This document shows, piece by piece, positions 39,163-48,424 of a stretch of DNA of 48,424 nucleotides. The notes under the pieces were generated by a model. That model saw only the letters and a program-made list of their open reading frames with translations, did not search any database and had not been told where the DNA came from. Numbering within the stretch: position 1 is the first letter of the stretch; each line of letters starts with the position of its first letter. The position numbers were made by a program, and so were the translations under genes. Source of the stretch: Candidatus Latescibacterota bacterium (GTDB lineage Bacteria; Latescibacterota; UBA2968; UBA8231); assembly GCA_965205655.1 (NCBI GenBank), contig CBDBIJ010000121.1, positions 1-48,424 of the forward strand, written 5' to 3'.

Positions 39163-40589
39163 GGTCAAGTCCCATTTTCAGTTGAAACAGAGCACAGGCT
39201 CGGGTGATGTTCTCAGCCCGTCATCGCGAGCTGTTTGATGCCGAGCTCGGTTTGAAGAGCTTGACGGAGCGTTGACAGGTGGTGGTAGCCCTTGACTCTG
39301 CGCAGTCGGTCCTCGATGTCGAGCAGCGCCGTGGCTGCCCAGCGGTGACGCTGCGAGGAGTTCGTCCAGTGCCGCACGTTGCGCGTGAGCTGGCCCAGGA
39401 GGCTGTTGACGTTCTCGATGCAGTTGGTGGTGCGGAAGGAATCCTTGAGCATCGGCATCAGTCCCAGGCGATGGAGCGTCAGGGTTTCTTCCAGGCCTTC
39501 CTCGAGGCTCTTCAGAGCAGATTGGTTCATCAGTTTCAGACCGGGCTTGAGCGCTTTCAGGGTCGCCTTCGCCTCTTCGTAGGTGGGCTTATTGTAGGCC
39601 GCCTCAATCTTGCGACGGACTCGGGCCTGTTCACTTTTCGGCAGGTACGACACGACGTTCTTGCGCTTGTGATACTGGCAGCGCTGCACACAGGCATGGC
39701 CCTTCAGCACCGACATTACCGCCTTGTAGAGGCCCTTGGCGCCGTCGATCAACACCAGCAACCCGGCCTCGTATTGCAGGCCCCTGTCGACCAAGTCGGC
39801 CAGGAAGCGGCGACAGACGCGCTCGTTCTCGGTGGCGGCCTCCACGAAACCCAGCGGGATCTTGTGCCCGTCAAGGGTGACGCCCAGAGCGATGATGAGC
39901 TCTTCGTCCGCGAAGCTCTTGCCGTCGAGAAACAGCGCCACCAGGTCGTAGCCTTCCAGGGAGCGCTCCTGGAATTCGGCCAGCTTGCGAGCCGTGCCCT
40001 TCACGTAGCGACGGGAGACCGACGAGCGTGACAGGCCGAACGTCTCCGGTACGGTCTCGGCGCAGTCCTCGTAGTTGCGAGTGGCGATACCCTTCAACAC
40101 CTTCTGCAGCAGTCCTTCGTCCATTTTCCGGGGCGTCTGCAGGGCCTGGTAGGCGTCCAGCGCGACCTCCGTGTCGCTGTCGACGTTGCGTACCCGGGGC
40201 ACCTCTACGGGTACCTTCTGATCACCCAGATATACCGATCCCCGCTGAGAGCCCCAGCGACGGTACGGCTGATCTGACTCCTTGCGTTGATACCGGCGCC
40301 CGGCCAATTCCATGACCGCCCTCTGCAGCTCTTCGGCCACCGCCTCCAGTCCGAGAGGGACCAGCAGCTGGATCGCCTCGATTCTAGCATCCAGATCCTC
40401 TGCCACAGCTCCTGCCGCTGGATCCACGGTGCCGATTTCAACCGTGCGTTTGACGCGCTTCTTCCGTGCTGATAGCTTGCCCATTGCAGGCTCCTTTCTT
40501 GTTACCCACACGAGATTCTTTCCAGGATTTCTCGTAAGAAGGTAACGATGGGGAGCCTGTGCTGTTTCAACTAAGATCGGGACCATGCC
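39163..40589 (-). mobile_element. IS256-family element C (1427 bp), a diverged relative of element B
   Basis: 8-bp TSD CCACGGTC at 39155-39162 and 40590-40597; left end GTCCCGATCTTAGTTGAAACAGCACAGGCT is shared with element B. Confidence 0.93.
39213..40484 (-). CDS. IS256-family transposase (intact)
   Basis: AAGGAG RBS before ATG 40484; LFLDGK, LIDGAKG, QRCQYHK, RTTNCIEN. Confidence 0.92.
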   Translation of the reverse strand: MGKLSARKKRVKRTVEIGTVDPAAGAVAEDLDARIEAIQLLVPLGLEAVAEELQRAVMELAGRRYQRKESDQPYRRWGSQRGSVYLGDQKVPVEVPRVRNVDSDTEVALDAYQALQTPRKMDEGLLQKVLKGIATRNYEDCAETVPETFGLSRSSVSRRYVKGTARKLAEFQERSLEGYDLVALFLDGKSFADEELIIALGVTLDGHKIPLGFVEAATENERVCRRFLADLVDRGLQYEAGLLVLIDGAKGLYKAVMSVLKGHACVQRCQYHKRKNVVSYLPKSEQARVRRKIEAAYNKPTYEEAKATLKALKPGLKLMNQSALKSLEEGLEETLTLHRLGLMPMLKDSFRTTNCIENVNSLLGQLTRNVRHWTNSSQRHRWAATALLDIEDRLRRVKGYHHLSTLRQALQTELGIKQLAMTG

Positions 40590-41785
40590 CCACGGTCCCG
40601 TGCGGATCATACAGCCGGGTTGGTCGCCCCATAATCCACCGTATTCGGCGAAGACCTCGTTTGTCCAATCAGATATCTCGCCGTTCCCTGACATAACCAC
40701 GTGAAAACTCCTTCCGTCTACATCGGGCAGTGCTTCGGCGCCAGCCACCTCCAGCATGGTCGGTCCCACGTCGATGAGACTGACGATGGCATCGTTGCTG
40801 ACGTCCTGGCGCAACCCGGGCCCCGATGCGATGAGCGGGATGCCGACCGAACCTTCGTAGAAGTTGCTCTTCCACCACATTCCGTGTTCGCAGGCCATGT
40901 CGCCGTGGTCGGAGCAGTAGATGATGATCGTGCGCTCCGCTCCACCTGAGCTGGCTATCGCCTCGACGATGCGCCCGACGTTGGCATCCGTCTGTGTCAC
41001 CAGTCCGTAGTAGGCGGCCAGACCCCGTTGATTTTTCTCGGGAGTGAGCTCGTCGACCTCGCGGCGCTCCCGCCATTTCTGCATGGCGGGGTGAAGATTG
41101 TCGAGGTAGTCCCGCGACATCGGCTCGGGCACCGGGACCCGCTCCATGTAGTGGTCGAACAGCTCGCGGGAGCAGATGAGTGGATTGTGTGGCAGGATCA
41201 TGCCGACGACGAGACAATAGGGCCGGTCGGACTGGCCTCGCTCGGAGATGAGAGAGCAGGCGGCATCGGTCACACTCTCGTCGAAGATCTCGTATCCGGT
41301 ACGTCCGTGGCCTGAAACCTCGACGGCGTAGCGCGTCTGGCCTGCCGTCTTGTTGAAACCGCTCCCGACTATCTCCGGAGGGATCGTTTCGAAGGGCATG
41401 ACATCGCCATGAATCCGCCTCTCGAACCCGTGAAACTGGTCCAGCTCACCCCAGCCCATGCGACCGCACATCACGGCCTCGTATCCGCCGGCACCCATGC
41501 CGTGGGCGAACGTGGGCACCGAGGACGGAAAGTCGTTGCCGTCGAGTACATCCAGATTGGAGGGGTACTGGGCGGTCATGAAGCCGGCCCTAGAAGGGCC
41601 GCAGAGTGGAAAAGGGCAGTAGGCGTTCGTGAATCGCGTGCCCTGGCGAGCCAGGGCGTCGAGATGGGGCGTCTGCACGATCGGATGTCCAGCGCAGCCC
41701 ATGACCGCGGCGTTGTGCTGATCGGACATGACGAGGACGATGTTGGGTCGCTTGTCGGTGTCTGTTGTTGCCATAGCTGAAATCC

Positions 41786-43210
41786 CTAGTTGGTGACCGA
41801 TGCCAGCCAGTACGAGTAAAGACACGCGTCGCGCAGAACGAACCGCAGCTGGATCGGCTCGGCGTCGAGCCCGCCGATCTCACCGTGCTGCCATTCAACT
41901 TCGAGCCGGCGATGGTCCCCTTCGATCGGCGCCGACGTCGCTCTCACGTCACCCTTGCCATCCACAACCTCAACCCTCGACGAGCCGGCCCTCGCATCGA
42001 CGTTGACCCACAGCTCGCCGGCGGGCTTGGCGAAGGCTTCGGTGACCACAACCCCCTCCTCACCTGCGGCGTCCAGCGACACGAATCCGTCCCGGCGCAA
42101 CACTGCCAGACAGACGGCCGCGTTTTCGGCGTCGGTTTCGGGATAGTGAGACTGCTCCTTGTTGCCGTTGTAGTAAAGCCACAGCTCGTCTCCGCGTACC
42201 ACCGGATAAGAAGGCGGCATGTTCTTGCTCAGGTCGAAGGCTCCGGAACCCCTCGGCGACCAGCCGATGAACGTCTGACGATCGGCCACCCGTTGCCAGT
42301 TGTAGAGATCGCGGCTGCACCACACCTGAATCAGGCTGAACCGCAGGGTGTGGCTCGTCCAGCGGCGACCGCGCGCGTGGTACATGGCCGGCAGGCTGAG
42401 AAAGAGACCCTCGTAGCGGAACACGGCGGCGTTGTAGATATCGACGTTCTGCCAGTGCCAGTCGGTCGTGTTGGGAAAGGGCCGGAGATAATCGGCGTTG
42501 GGAGTACTGAGAAACTCCTCGATGTGCAGCCGTCCCAGTTCCTGGTCCAAATCGTCCGCCTCGATCGCCAGCACCGACTCGCTCCAGCTCTCGAAATCCG
42601 CGCTCGTCGTGATGGCGTGGGAGCGCCCGTACTTGCCGCCGCGCTTGTAAGAAACGATGAACTGCTTTTCTAGCGCATCGTAGCTCATGTTCTGCTCGTC
42701 CCCGCTCGGCAGCCAGGCTTCGAGCCGCCGCCACTCGTATCCATCTGGCGAAGCCTGAAAGTTCAACGCGAACTCCAGCTTTTTTCCCGGCAGGGGTCGA
42801 CCGATCTCGTCCAGCACCTCGGCCGGATCGACCAGGTTGTGCATCCCGAGGCCCTTGTAGCGCTTCGTTGGATCGCGCTCAGCCTCGTCGTAGATCACGT
42901 GATAGCTCGGGGCCCCCTCGCCCAGCAGTGCGCGGTCGTCGGTGTCCGGTGTCCACTGTACCCCGTCAACACTGTCGAACCACTTGCCGCAAACCAGCAA
43001 CCGGTAGCGCTGACGTTGCGAATCCCAGTGCGGTGCGCTGTGCTAAAATACGCAAGACTCGCCTTTGCCCACATCGGGTCGAATGATCGTCCCTTTCTTG
43101 GACGGCTGGTGGAGCGTGCGTTTGAGATTCTCGATGGAAGAGATGCCGTGGTCGTCGATGAACAACTGCCGTTGTCCGGCTGCGACGCGGAAGGCGCTGC
43201 TATTCTCCAC
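41786..43210 (-). CDS. Five-bladed beta-propeller glycoside-hydrolase-like protein (GH32/43/130-like fold) with an in-frame TAG at 43043-43045
   Basis: RQLFIDD N-terminus, Asp-box-like S.DG..W repeats, ELWLYY.G, LRRDGFVSLDA and LRFVLRDACLYSYW. ORFs 43043..43246 and 41786..43000 are in the same frame. Confidence 0.7.
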
Positions 43211-43273
43211 TGGCGATTCTCCCCTCGGGGGCCCGCGCGGACCCATGAGCGTTCGCGCGAACGCTCGATCTCC

Positions 43274-46200
43274 CTAGCGCAGAACTTGAATGGCCCCGGT
43301 TCGATCGGCCGATTCGCTGTTGCTGAGCGTCGTGATCTTGTACAGGTACGACCCGCTGGCCAGCTGTTCCGGTTTCCACGGAATCTGGTTGTAGCCCGTC
43401 TGCCCCGAATGCTCGAATTCGCTGACAAGTTTTCCGGACAGCGCGAACACCCGCACCTTCACCTGCGCATCCTGAGCGAGCACGAATGTAAAAAACCCGG
43501 TCTCTTTTCGCATCGGGTTGGGATAGAAAAGGACGTTGTCGATGGTCGCGCCCGTCTGGCTTCCCACTTTGAGGGTAACTGTCTCTGCTGACCAGTTGTT
43601 GAAGTTGTCCCAGGCCTCCAGCTGCAGTTCGTGCTTGCCGACATCCAACCGCTGCAACTGCAACACCACAGCTCCCCTGGTGAAATCGCCGGTCGCCTCG
43701 TATCTGGAGGTGACATCTCGCAGCTCATCGTCGATGCGCAGCTGAATCTTGTGGCCGATCTCGCCGGTGACGTTGATGCCTGCCGGGTCTCGCAGCACGG
43801 CGTGCAGGACCGACTCTGCCGGAACAAAGTCCCCGTCCGCAAAATCCTGACCGGCGAATCCGATTTCGATCGCCGGGCCCGTCTCGTCCGGCTCGAGGTC
43901 GGCCTCAGTCCCGACCAGCGCCAGAGGCCCGGAAGTACCGAAGCCGCTCTGAACACCGTTCCACACATAGGCGCTGATTCGGCCAGAATCACCGCCGTAA
44001 GTGATGTCCTTCGGCACCAGGAAGTTTCCTGCGAAACGACCCTCGCTCACCGGGAATACGCCGCGGAAGATCGGCGCACCCGGCCTGAGGTACTCCACAG
44101 TCTCACCCTTGTCCTCGCTCCTTCTGAGGGTAGTCGAATCGAACGCCTGCAATCGGACCTGCCCGCTGAAGGCGTCCATGTTCGCGCCGGTTCCGCTCGT
44201 GACACGCCCGGTGACATTGACGACGCTGAGCGCACGCAAGGTGTCTGAAATATCGATCTCGACTCCCAGGGCCGGCAGCGACAGTCGCATGAGGGGATCC
44301 CCGAACAAGCCGTAGCGCAATATGGTCTCTGGCTCGACCTCGGTTGCGAGCTTCGCCTCCATCAACGCCTGGCCGGCCGGCAGATGCGACCGCCCGGTTC
44401 GAAACATCTGGGCGTGAAAGTTGCGCGCCAGCTCCATGTTGAAGTCGTGAAACCCGACCCGCGTCGAGCCGATCATGCCGATCACGCCGCCACGAGGCCA
44501 CTTGAGCATCGCCTCGGGGATCGAATCGCGCAGAGGATCGTCGAAAACGGCCGTCTGGCTCGCGGCCGCGAACAGAAGCGGCAGTCGTCGGCCGTTGTCG
44601 ATCTCCGCCAGATCGCTCGACAACACAAAAAAATGTTCGTGTGCAAACACCATCGCATTTCCGTGACCGATGTACAGGAGCAGGACCGACCCGTCGTTGA
44701 AACGTTCGATGAACGCGTCTCGGGCGCTGGGTTTGAAGCGCCCTTCGAGAGGAAACTCGAGGAGGTAGAACTTTTCCACGTCGGCGTTGTCGGGAAAGAG
44801 CCGCAGTGCGACATCCTCGGCGTCCATGGCAAACTCGGTCTCGGTTTTCGTCCGGTCGTCTGCATTGAAGACATCGTCCGCCACAAGCAGGATGCGGCTC
44901 TGCCAGTTTCCGAACTCGGGATCGCGGTCGTAGTCGATCAACTTGTCGGTGACTGTGGTTGCGTCCTCTTGCGTTTGTACTGGCAACCGACCCACCGCCA
45001 TGTCCGGCATCCTGTCGTCGCCGATTATGCTGACGTACCAGTCGTCATAGGTGAGATCCTCATCCTCGAAGGGAGGAATCCAGTTGCCGGTGCTGGTACC
45101 GGAATTGTTCTTGTAATCGTAACTCCCGTCGCCGAACAGAAGCACAAAAAATGGCACCGGATCCCAGCGCTCGGTCGTATGCTTCAAAAAGTTGCGGATG
45201 GCCGTCGGATCGAACAGGCCGGCGGAGAATTCGTCGTAGATATCCCCTACCTCGACCACCCGCGTCTTCGGCGGCGTTCCGAACCGGTCGTCCTCGCCGC
45301 GCCACGCCGCGAGGCGCTGTGCCTGTTGCGTGAAGTCGCTGTGAGTGATGATGAGGTAGTCGGCGCCGGACGCCGAGTCTCTGAGGCGAGCGGGAGTGAC
45401 CTTTTCGATGCGATCGGGCGCCCTCATCCGCGATGGGACCAGGGCGATATAGGATGAAGCGGCAGAGCCGACCGTGTCTCGAAAGGTGACTCTCCCGGCT
45501 GAGCTGTCGTAGTCGAACTCGGCGAGCTCGGATACGCCTCGAGAAACCTCGAACAGGCGCGGTCTCTCTGTCTCGAAGCCGCTGAGTTCGAACTCGAAGA
45601 CGCCGGACTCCGCGGAGATGTCGAACGTCAGCTCCCCTCGTTCCGCCGTCAGCTCGCGCTCGAACTCCAACTCGTACCAGTCGAAGAGTGCCTGAGTCCC
45701 CGACAGATGTTCGATCCTCAGTTCGTTGATTCCCTCCGCCGCTTCGGTTCCGGCCGAGAATTCGAAACTTCGCCCTCCCTGGTCAAATAGCGCTGTGCCG
45801 AGACGTTGTCCATTCCACGAGATGAGGAAGCGCCGTATCTCGGACGTGTGCTGGGTTGCGAAACGCACTCGAACACCCACCCGTCCACCGGCAGGCGAAC
45901 GAATCACATGTGTGTAGATCTCCTCATCTCCCGCTGAGAAAGCGCTCCAGTACCACTCGCTGCCGGACTGAATGTTCCCCTTCGGCGACGAAGGTGGGGA
46001 ACCTCTCCACCTCTTGGTGGATGCGGGCCGAGTAGCTGGTCACCCGCACGACGCCGTCTCGCTGCGGACTGCCGCTTCCAACAATCCCGCGCGAACCCGA
46101 GTCGGAATCGACCGAGAGCCAGTACACGTTTTCCCGGGAGTAGGGGTTCTGCAGGAAGGAGAATTTCTGTTCCTCCTCATCGTACTCCCAGCGCGACAAA

Positions 46201-46957
46201 GCCTCGCGCGTAAAATACGATGGCGTCCTGTTGGTCGAAGCGACCGTCGCCTCCATCCTCGACGAGGATCGGCGCGCTTTGAAACTCAGCGCCCGGTTCC
46301 CCGTTCAGGTCGCGAAGCAAGGGTCGGCCACCGCCGTAGGACATGGCGATGAGTCGAGAATCCACCTCGCCGAGATCGAGCCCTGCGCGCTCGAGATCAG
46401 CACCGGTCACGCGATGAATGCCCGATCGGCTGACGATGAGCTTGTAAACCTCGTCCCCGTCCGGGATCAGCGGCTTCGATCGCCGTCCCGGAGCGCGTCG
46501 GCGGCGCCACTTTCTCGCCTGTTCATAGTTGAGCACTGTTGCCGCGTAGAGCCCTTCAGCCGCATCGCCTCGAGGCATTCCACACTGGCCTGTCGTCAAC
46601 CTCTGCCAGAAGGAGATCGACGACAGCTTCTTCGTAGAGCGTGAGTGCCACAACGCGTTGATCTCGTAGGAAGCCGGGATCTCCCAGAGACGCAATCTCT
46701 CGGGCCGGGCGTCGCTCGCAGTACCCGCCATCAGCCAAGCCCGCAGGGCCGTCAGCTCGAACGTTAACCAGTGAGACCTCGCCAGTCAGCGGAATTCCGA
46801 TGAGAACCTTCTTCGCCGAGCAGTCTCCGCTCGGATTCGGTGCCGAATACTCGACTCGAATCAGCCGGGAGTCGCTCTGCAGAATCCTGACATCCGCGCC
46901 AACGCTGGTCGAGCAGAACGCCAGAAGGAGACTACGGAAGAGGAAGCAGCGTCGCAC
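43274..46957 (-). CDS. porU: PorU-like type IX secretion sortase (peptidase C25/gingipain family, ~1225 aa); three +1 frameshifts (~46595, ~46207, ~45978)
   Basis: Signal peptide; YKLIVSRSGIHRVT; NPYS.ENVYWL; DIYDEFS.G..DPTAIRNFL; VLLFGDGSYD; VGRLP; YIGHG; LFGDP; D..GP.I; AWDNFNN; C-terminal YPNP...GSYLY CTD. Confidence 0.85.
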
Positions 46958-46960
46958 TAT

Positions 46961-48424
46961 CTACTCGGTTCGGATCACGGCGAACTTGCCGGATGTGGAA
47001 TGGCCGCGCCGATCCGAGCTGACGTAAATGTAGATCCCCGACGCCGCGAGGGATCCGCTGTCGTTTTCACCATCCCAAGTAACCGTTCCGCCGTCGCCAG
47101 CCGCCTCCAATTGTCTCACCTGCCCGCCGTCGATTGCGAAGATCGTCACCGCGGCCCCCGGCATCAGGCCCGTAATCGACAGCGGAGTCGCCCCCGGCGA
47201 CATGGGAAACGGATTGGGGTAGACGGTCGCCTCCGCGCCACCGGAGACCGCCGCGCTGGTGATCTGAAGTCTGGCCAGACCGTCGAAGGTGCCCACCCAG
47301 AGCTGGCCGACAGCGGGATCAAAAAGGAGTGACTCGACCTGACTATCGATGAGACCGCTGTTCTCTGCGGTGTAGGTGAAGACGAGGGGGCCCGAAGCTT
47401 TCACCTGTGTCAGTCCCCCCTTCGTGCCGACCCAGATGTTGCCCTCCGTATCCGCTTCGATATCGGTGACGATCGAGGATAGCAGGCCGTTGTCCAGTCC
47501 ATACAGACGCCAGCTCCGTATGGCGAGATCGCGCGCGTCTCGATCATACTGCACTGTAATCCGCCGCAAGCCGTTGTCGGTGCCGATCCACACGACGCCG
47601 GCTTCGTCGACGAAGATCGCCGTGATCCGATCGCTGCCGAGGCGACTGTCGAGGGTAGTGTTGATCGTGTAGACGAACTCATCTCCTTCGGTGAAGGGGG
47701 TGCCGCCATCGTCGAACATGATCAGACCGTCATCCGCTGTGGCGATCCACTTCAGGTCGTCGGGACCGATAGCCAGCTTGCCGATGTTTCGGCCGGGGGC
47801 CAGGCCGAGCAACGCCTGATCGTAGAGGTGGCTGCTCCGCGCCGGGAAACCGTCCATGACGGCCAGCCCCGTTTGAATATTGGCGAGCCACATCAGCCCC
47901 TGGCTGTCCCTCTCGATGTCGCTCACGACGACGAACGTCGGTGCCTCCGGCACGGAGATCCCTCTCAACACCGAGTCGTTCTGGTTCAGATGACTCCAAC
48001 GCCGGCGATCATTCAGTATGGCCAGACCATGTCCCCAGGTCCCCACCCACAGCTGGCCTGCGGGACCGAACTCGACGGCGACCGCCACATTTGACGGCAT
48101 CCCGGTGTCGCGATTGTGGCTGATCCAGTCTCGGCCGGCGAGCTGGAAGACACCTCTCGGCGGCACTGTGCCATCGTTGGGGGCGCTGGCAATCCAGAGA
48201 TTACCGCCATCGGCCAGGGCCATTTCGTAGAAGTGGTTGGCCGGAGGATCCCGTAAAGCAGGTGGCTTCTTGGCTCTCAACACGTCGAGCCCTTGGTCGG
48301 TTCCGATCCACAGCTCGGAGCTGGGGCCTGAATCGGATAGTGTTACGATCGTCCTTGCCAGGCCCGTGAGCCTGACCCATCCGCCATCCTCGCTGCGTTG
48401 GAACAGTACATTGTCGCTGTTTGC
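46961..48424 (-). CDS. PorZ-like two-component-regulator beta-propeller protein with C-terminal CTD/FlgD-Ig domain (5' end outside the window)
   Basis: Repeated D..G.LW(I/V)GT..GL blades; ATVYPNPF...WDG.N..G..AASGIYIY...GKFAVIR tail; frame open to the window end; directly upstream of the porU-like gene. Confidence 0.8.
   Translation of the reverse strand, partial: ANSDNVLFQRSEDGGWVRLTGLARTIVTLSDSGPSSELWIGTDQGLDVLRAKKPPALRDPPANHFYEMALADGGNLWIASAPNDGTVPPRGVFQLAGRDWISHNRDTGMPSNVAVAVEFGPAGQLWVGTWGHGLAILNDRRRWSHLNQNDSVLRGISVPEAPTFVVVSDIERDSQGLMWLANIQTGLAVMDGFPARSSHLYDQALLGLAPGRNIGKLAIGPDDLKWIATADDGLIMFDDGGTPFTEGDEFVYTINTTLDSRLGSDRITAIFVDEAGVVWIGTDNGLRRITVQYDRDARDLAIRSWRLYGLDNGLLSSIVTDIEADTEGNIWVGTKGGLTQVKASGPLVFTYTAENSGLIDSQVESLLFDPAVGQLWVGTFDGLARLQITSAAVSGGAEATVYPNPFPMSPGATPLSITGLMPGAAVTIFAIDGGQVRQLEAAGDGGTVTWDGENDSGSLAASGIYIYVSSDRRGHSTSGKFAVIRTE

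Larger units (their letters stand above)
38846..41774 (-). pseudogene. Choline-sulfatase-like sulfatase split by IS256 element C
   Basis: RPNIVLVMSDQH, LCGPSRAG, SDHGD, WWKSNFYEGS. 40590-41774 plus 38846-39154 rejoin in frame (IRTGPW-KLNYY; 497 aa). Confidence 0.9.

Noticed and set aside
39213..41825. The 870 aa ORF as an evolved sulfatase-transposase protein family
   Set aside because: The 8-bp TSD and the displaced sulfatase C-terminus at 38846-39154 show it is a recent insertion product.
1937..45457. Long antisense or alternate-frame ORFs (e.g. 2236..3267, 7342..8529, 20062..21462, 32613..33929, 44384..45457)
   Set aside because: They shadow well-supported genes, are expected in GC-rich DNA and show no recognisable motifs.
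4906..46957. Many frameshifts (about 5965, 9942, 27866, 31045, 35582, 37500, 45978, 46207, 46595) as programmed frameshifting or mass pseudogenisation
   Set aside because: Nearly all are single +1 bases, often in short G/C runs, with no slippery heptamers and no other decay in the genes. This fits long-read consensus error best; read polishing is needed to be sure.
1..48424. CRISPR array, tRNA, rRNA or riboswitch
   Set aside because: No regularly spaced repeats or RNA-gene signatures were seen and intergenic gaps are short. A covariance-model search could not be run.

Overview
A GC-rich bacterial window. The PhyH dioxygenases, sulfatases, PorU/PorZ-like genes and DUF6785-type membrane proteins suggest an FCB-group organism such as Latescibacterota (inference only). 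It has five parts. (1) A catabolic cluster at 1-15 kb: Gfo/Idh/MocA oxidoreductase, PhyH dioxygenase, thiolase plus DUF35 partner, hydantoinase A/B, family III CoA-transferase, enoyl-CoA hydratase, enolase-superfamily enzyme, Ni/Co transporter, cupin and two APH-type kinases. (2) Seven insertion sequences (2x IS3, 2x IS30, 3x IS256 family; about 9.4 kb), all with recognisable target duplications, two nested in other ISs, which disrupt three catabolic genes. (3) An uncharacterised envelope module: a ~1000 aa Ca-binding, putative outer-membrane protein divergent from cupin, EamA, a ~1490 aa PA/degenerate-M28/FtsX protein and two OPT-like membrane proteins, with no ATPase. One OPT-like protein carries a CCCH zinc knuckle, an apparently circularly permuted Fn3-like domain and DxDGDG repeats. 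(4) Two sulfatases and a beta-propeller hydrolase with an in-frame TAG. (5) A porZ-like/porU-like pair in which the PorU catalytic Cys appears to be Ser. About ten single-base indels, mostly +1 and often in short homopolymers, are probably long-read consensus errors. No rRNA, tRNA or CRISPR array was seen. All family assignments come from motif recognition by eye, not database searches.
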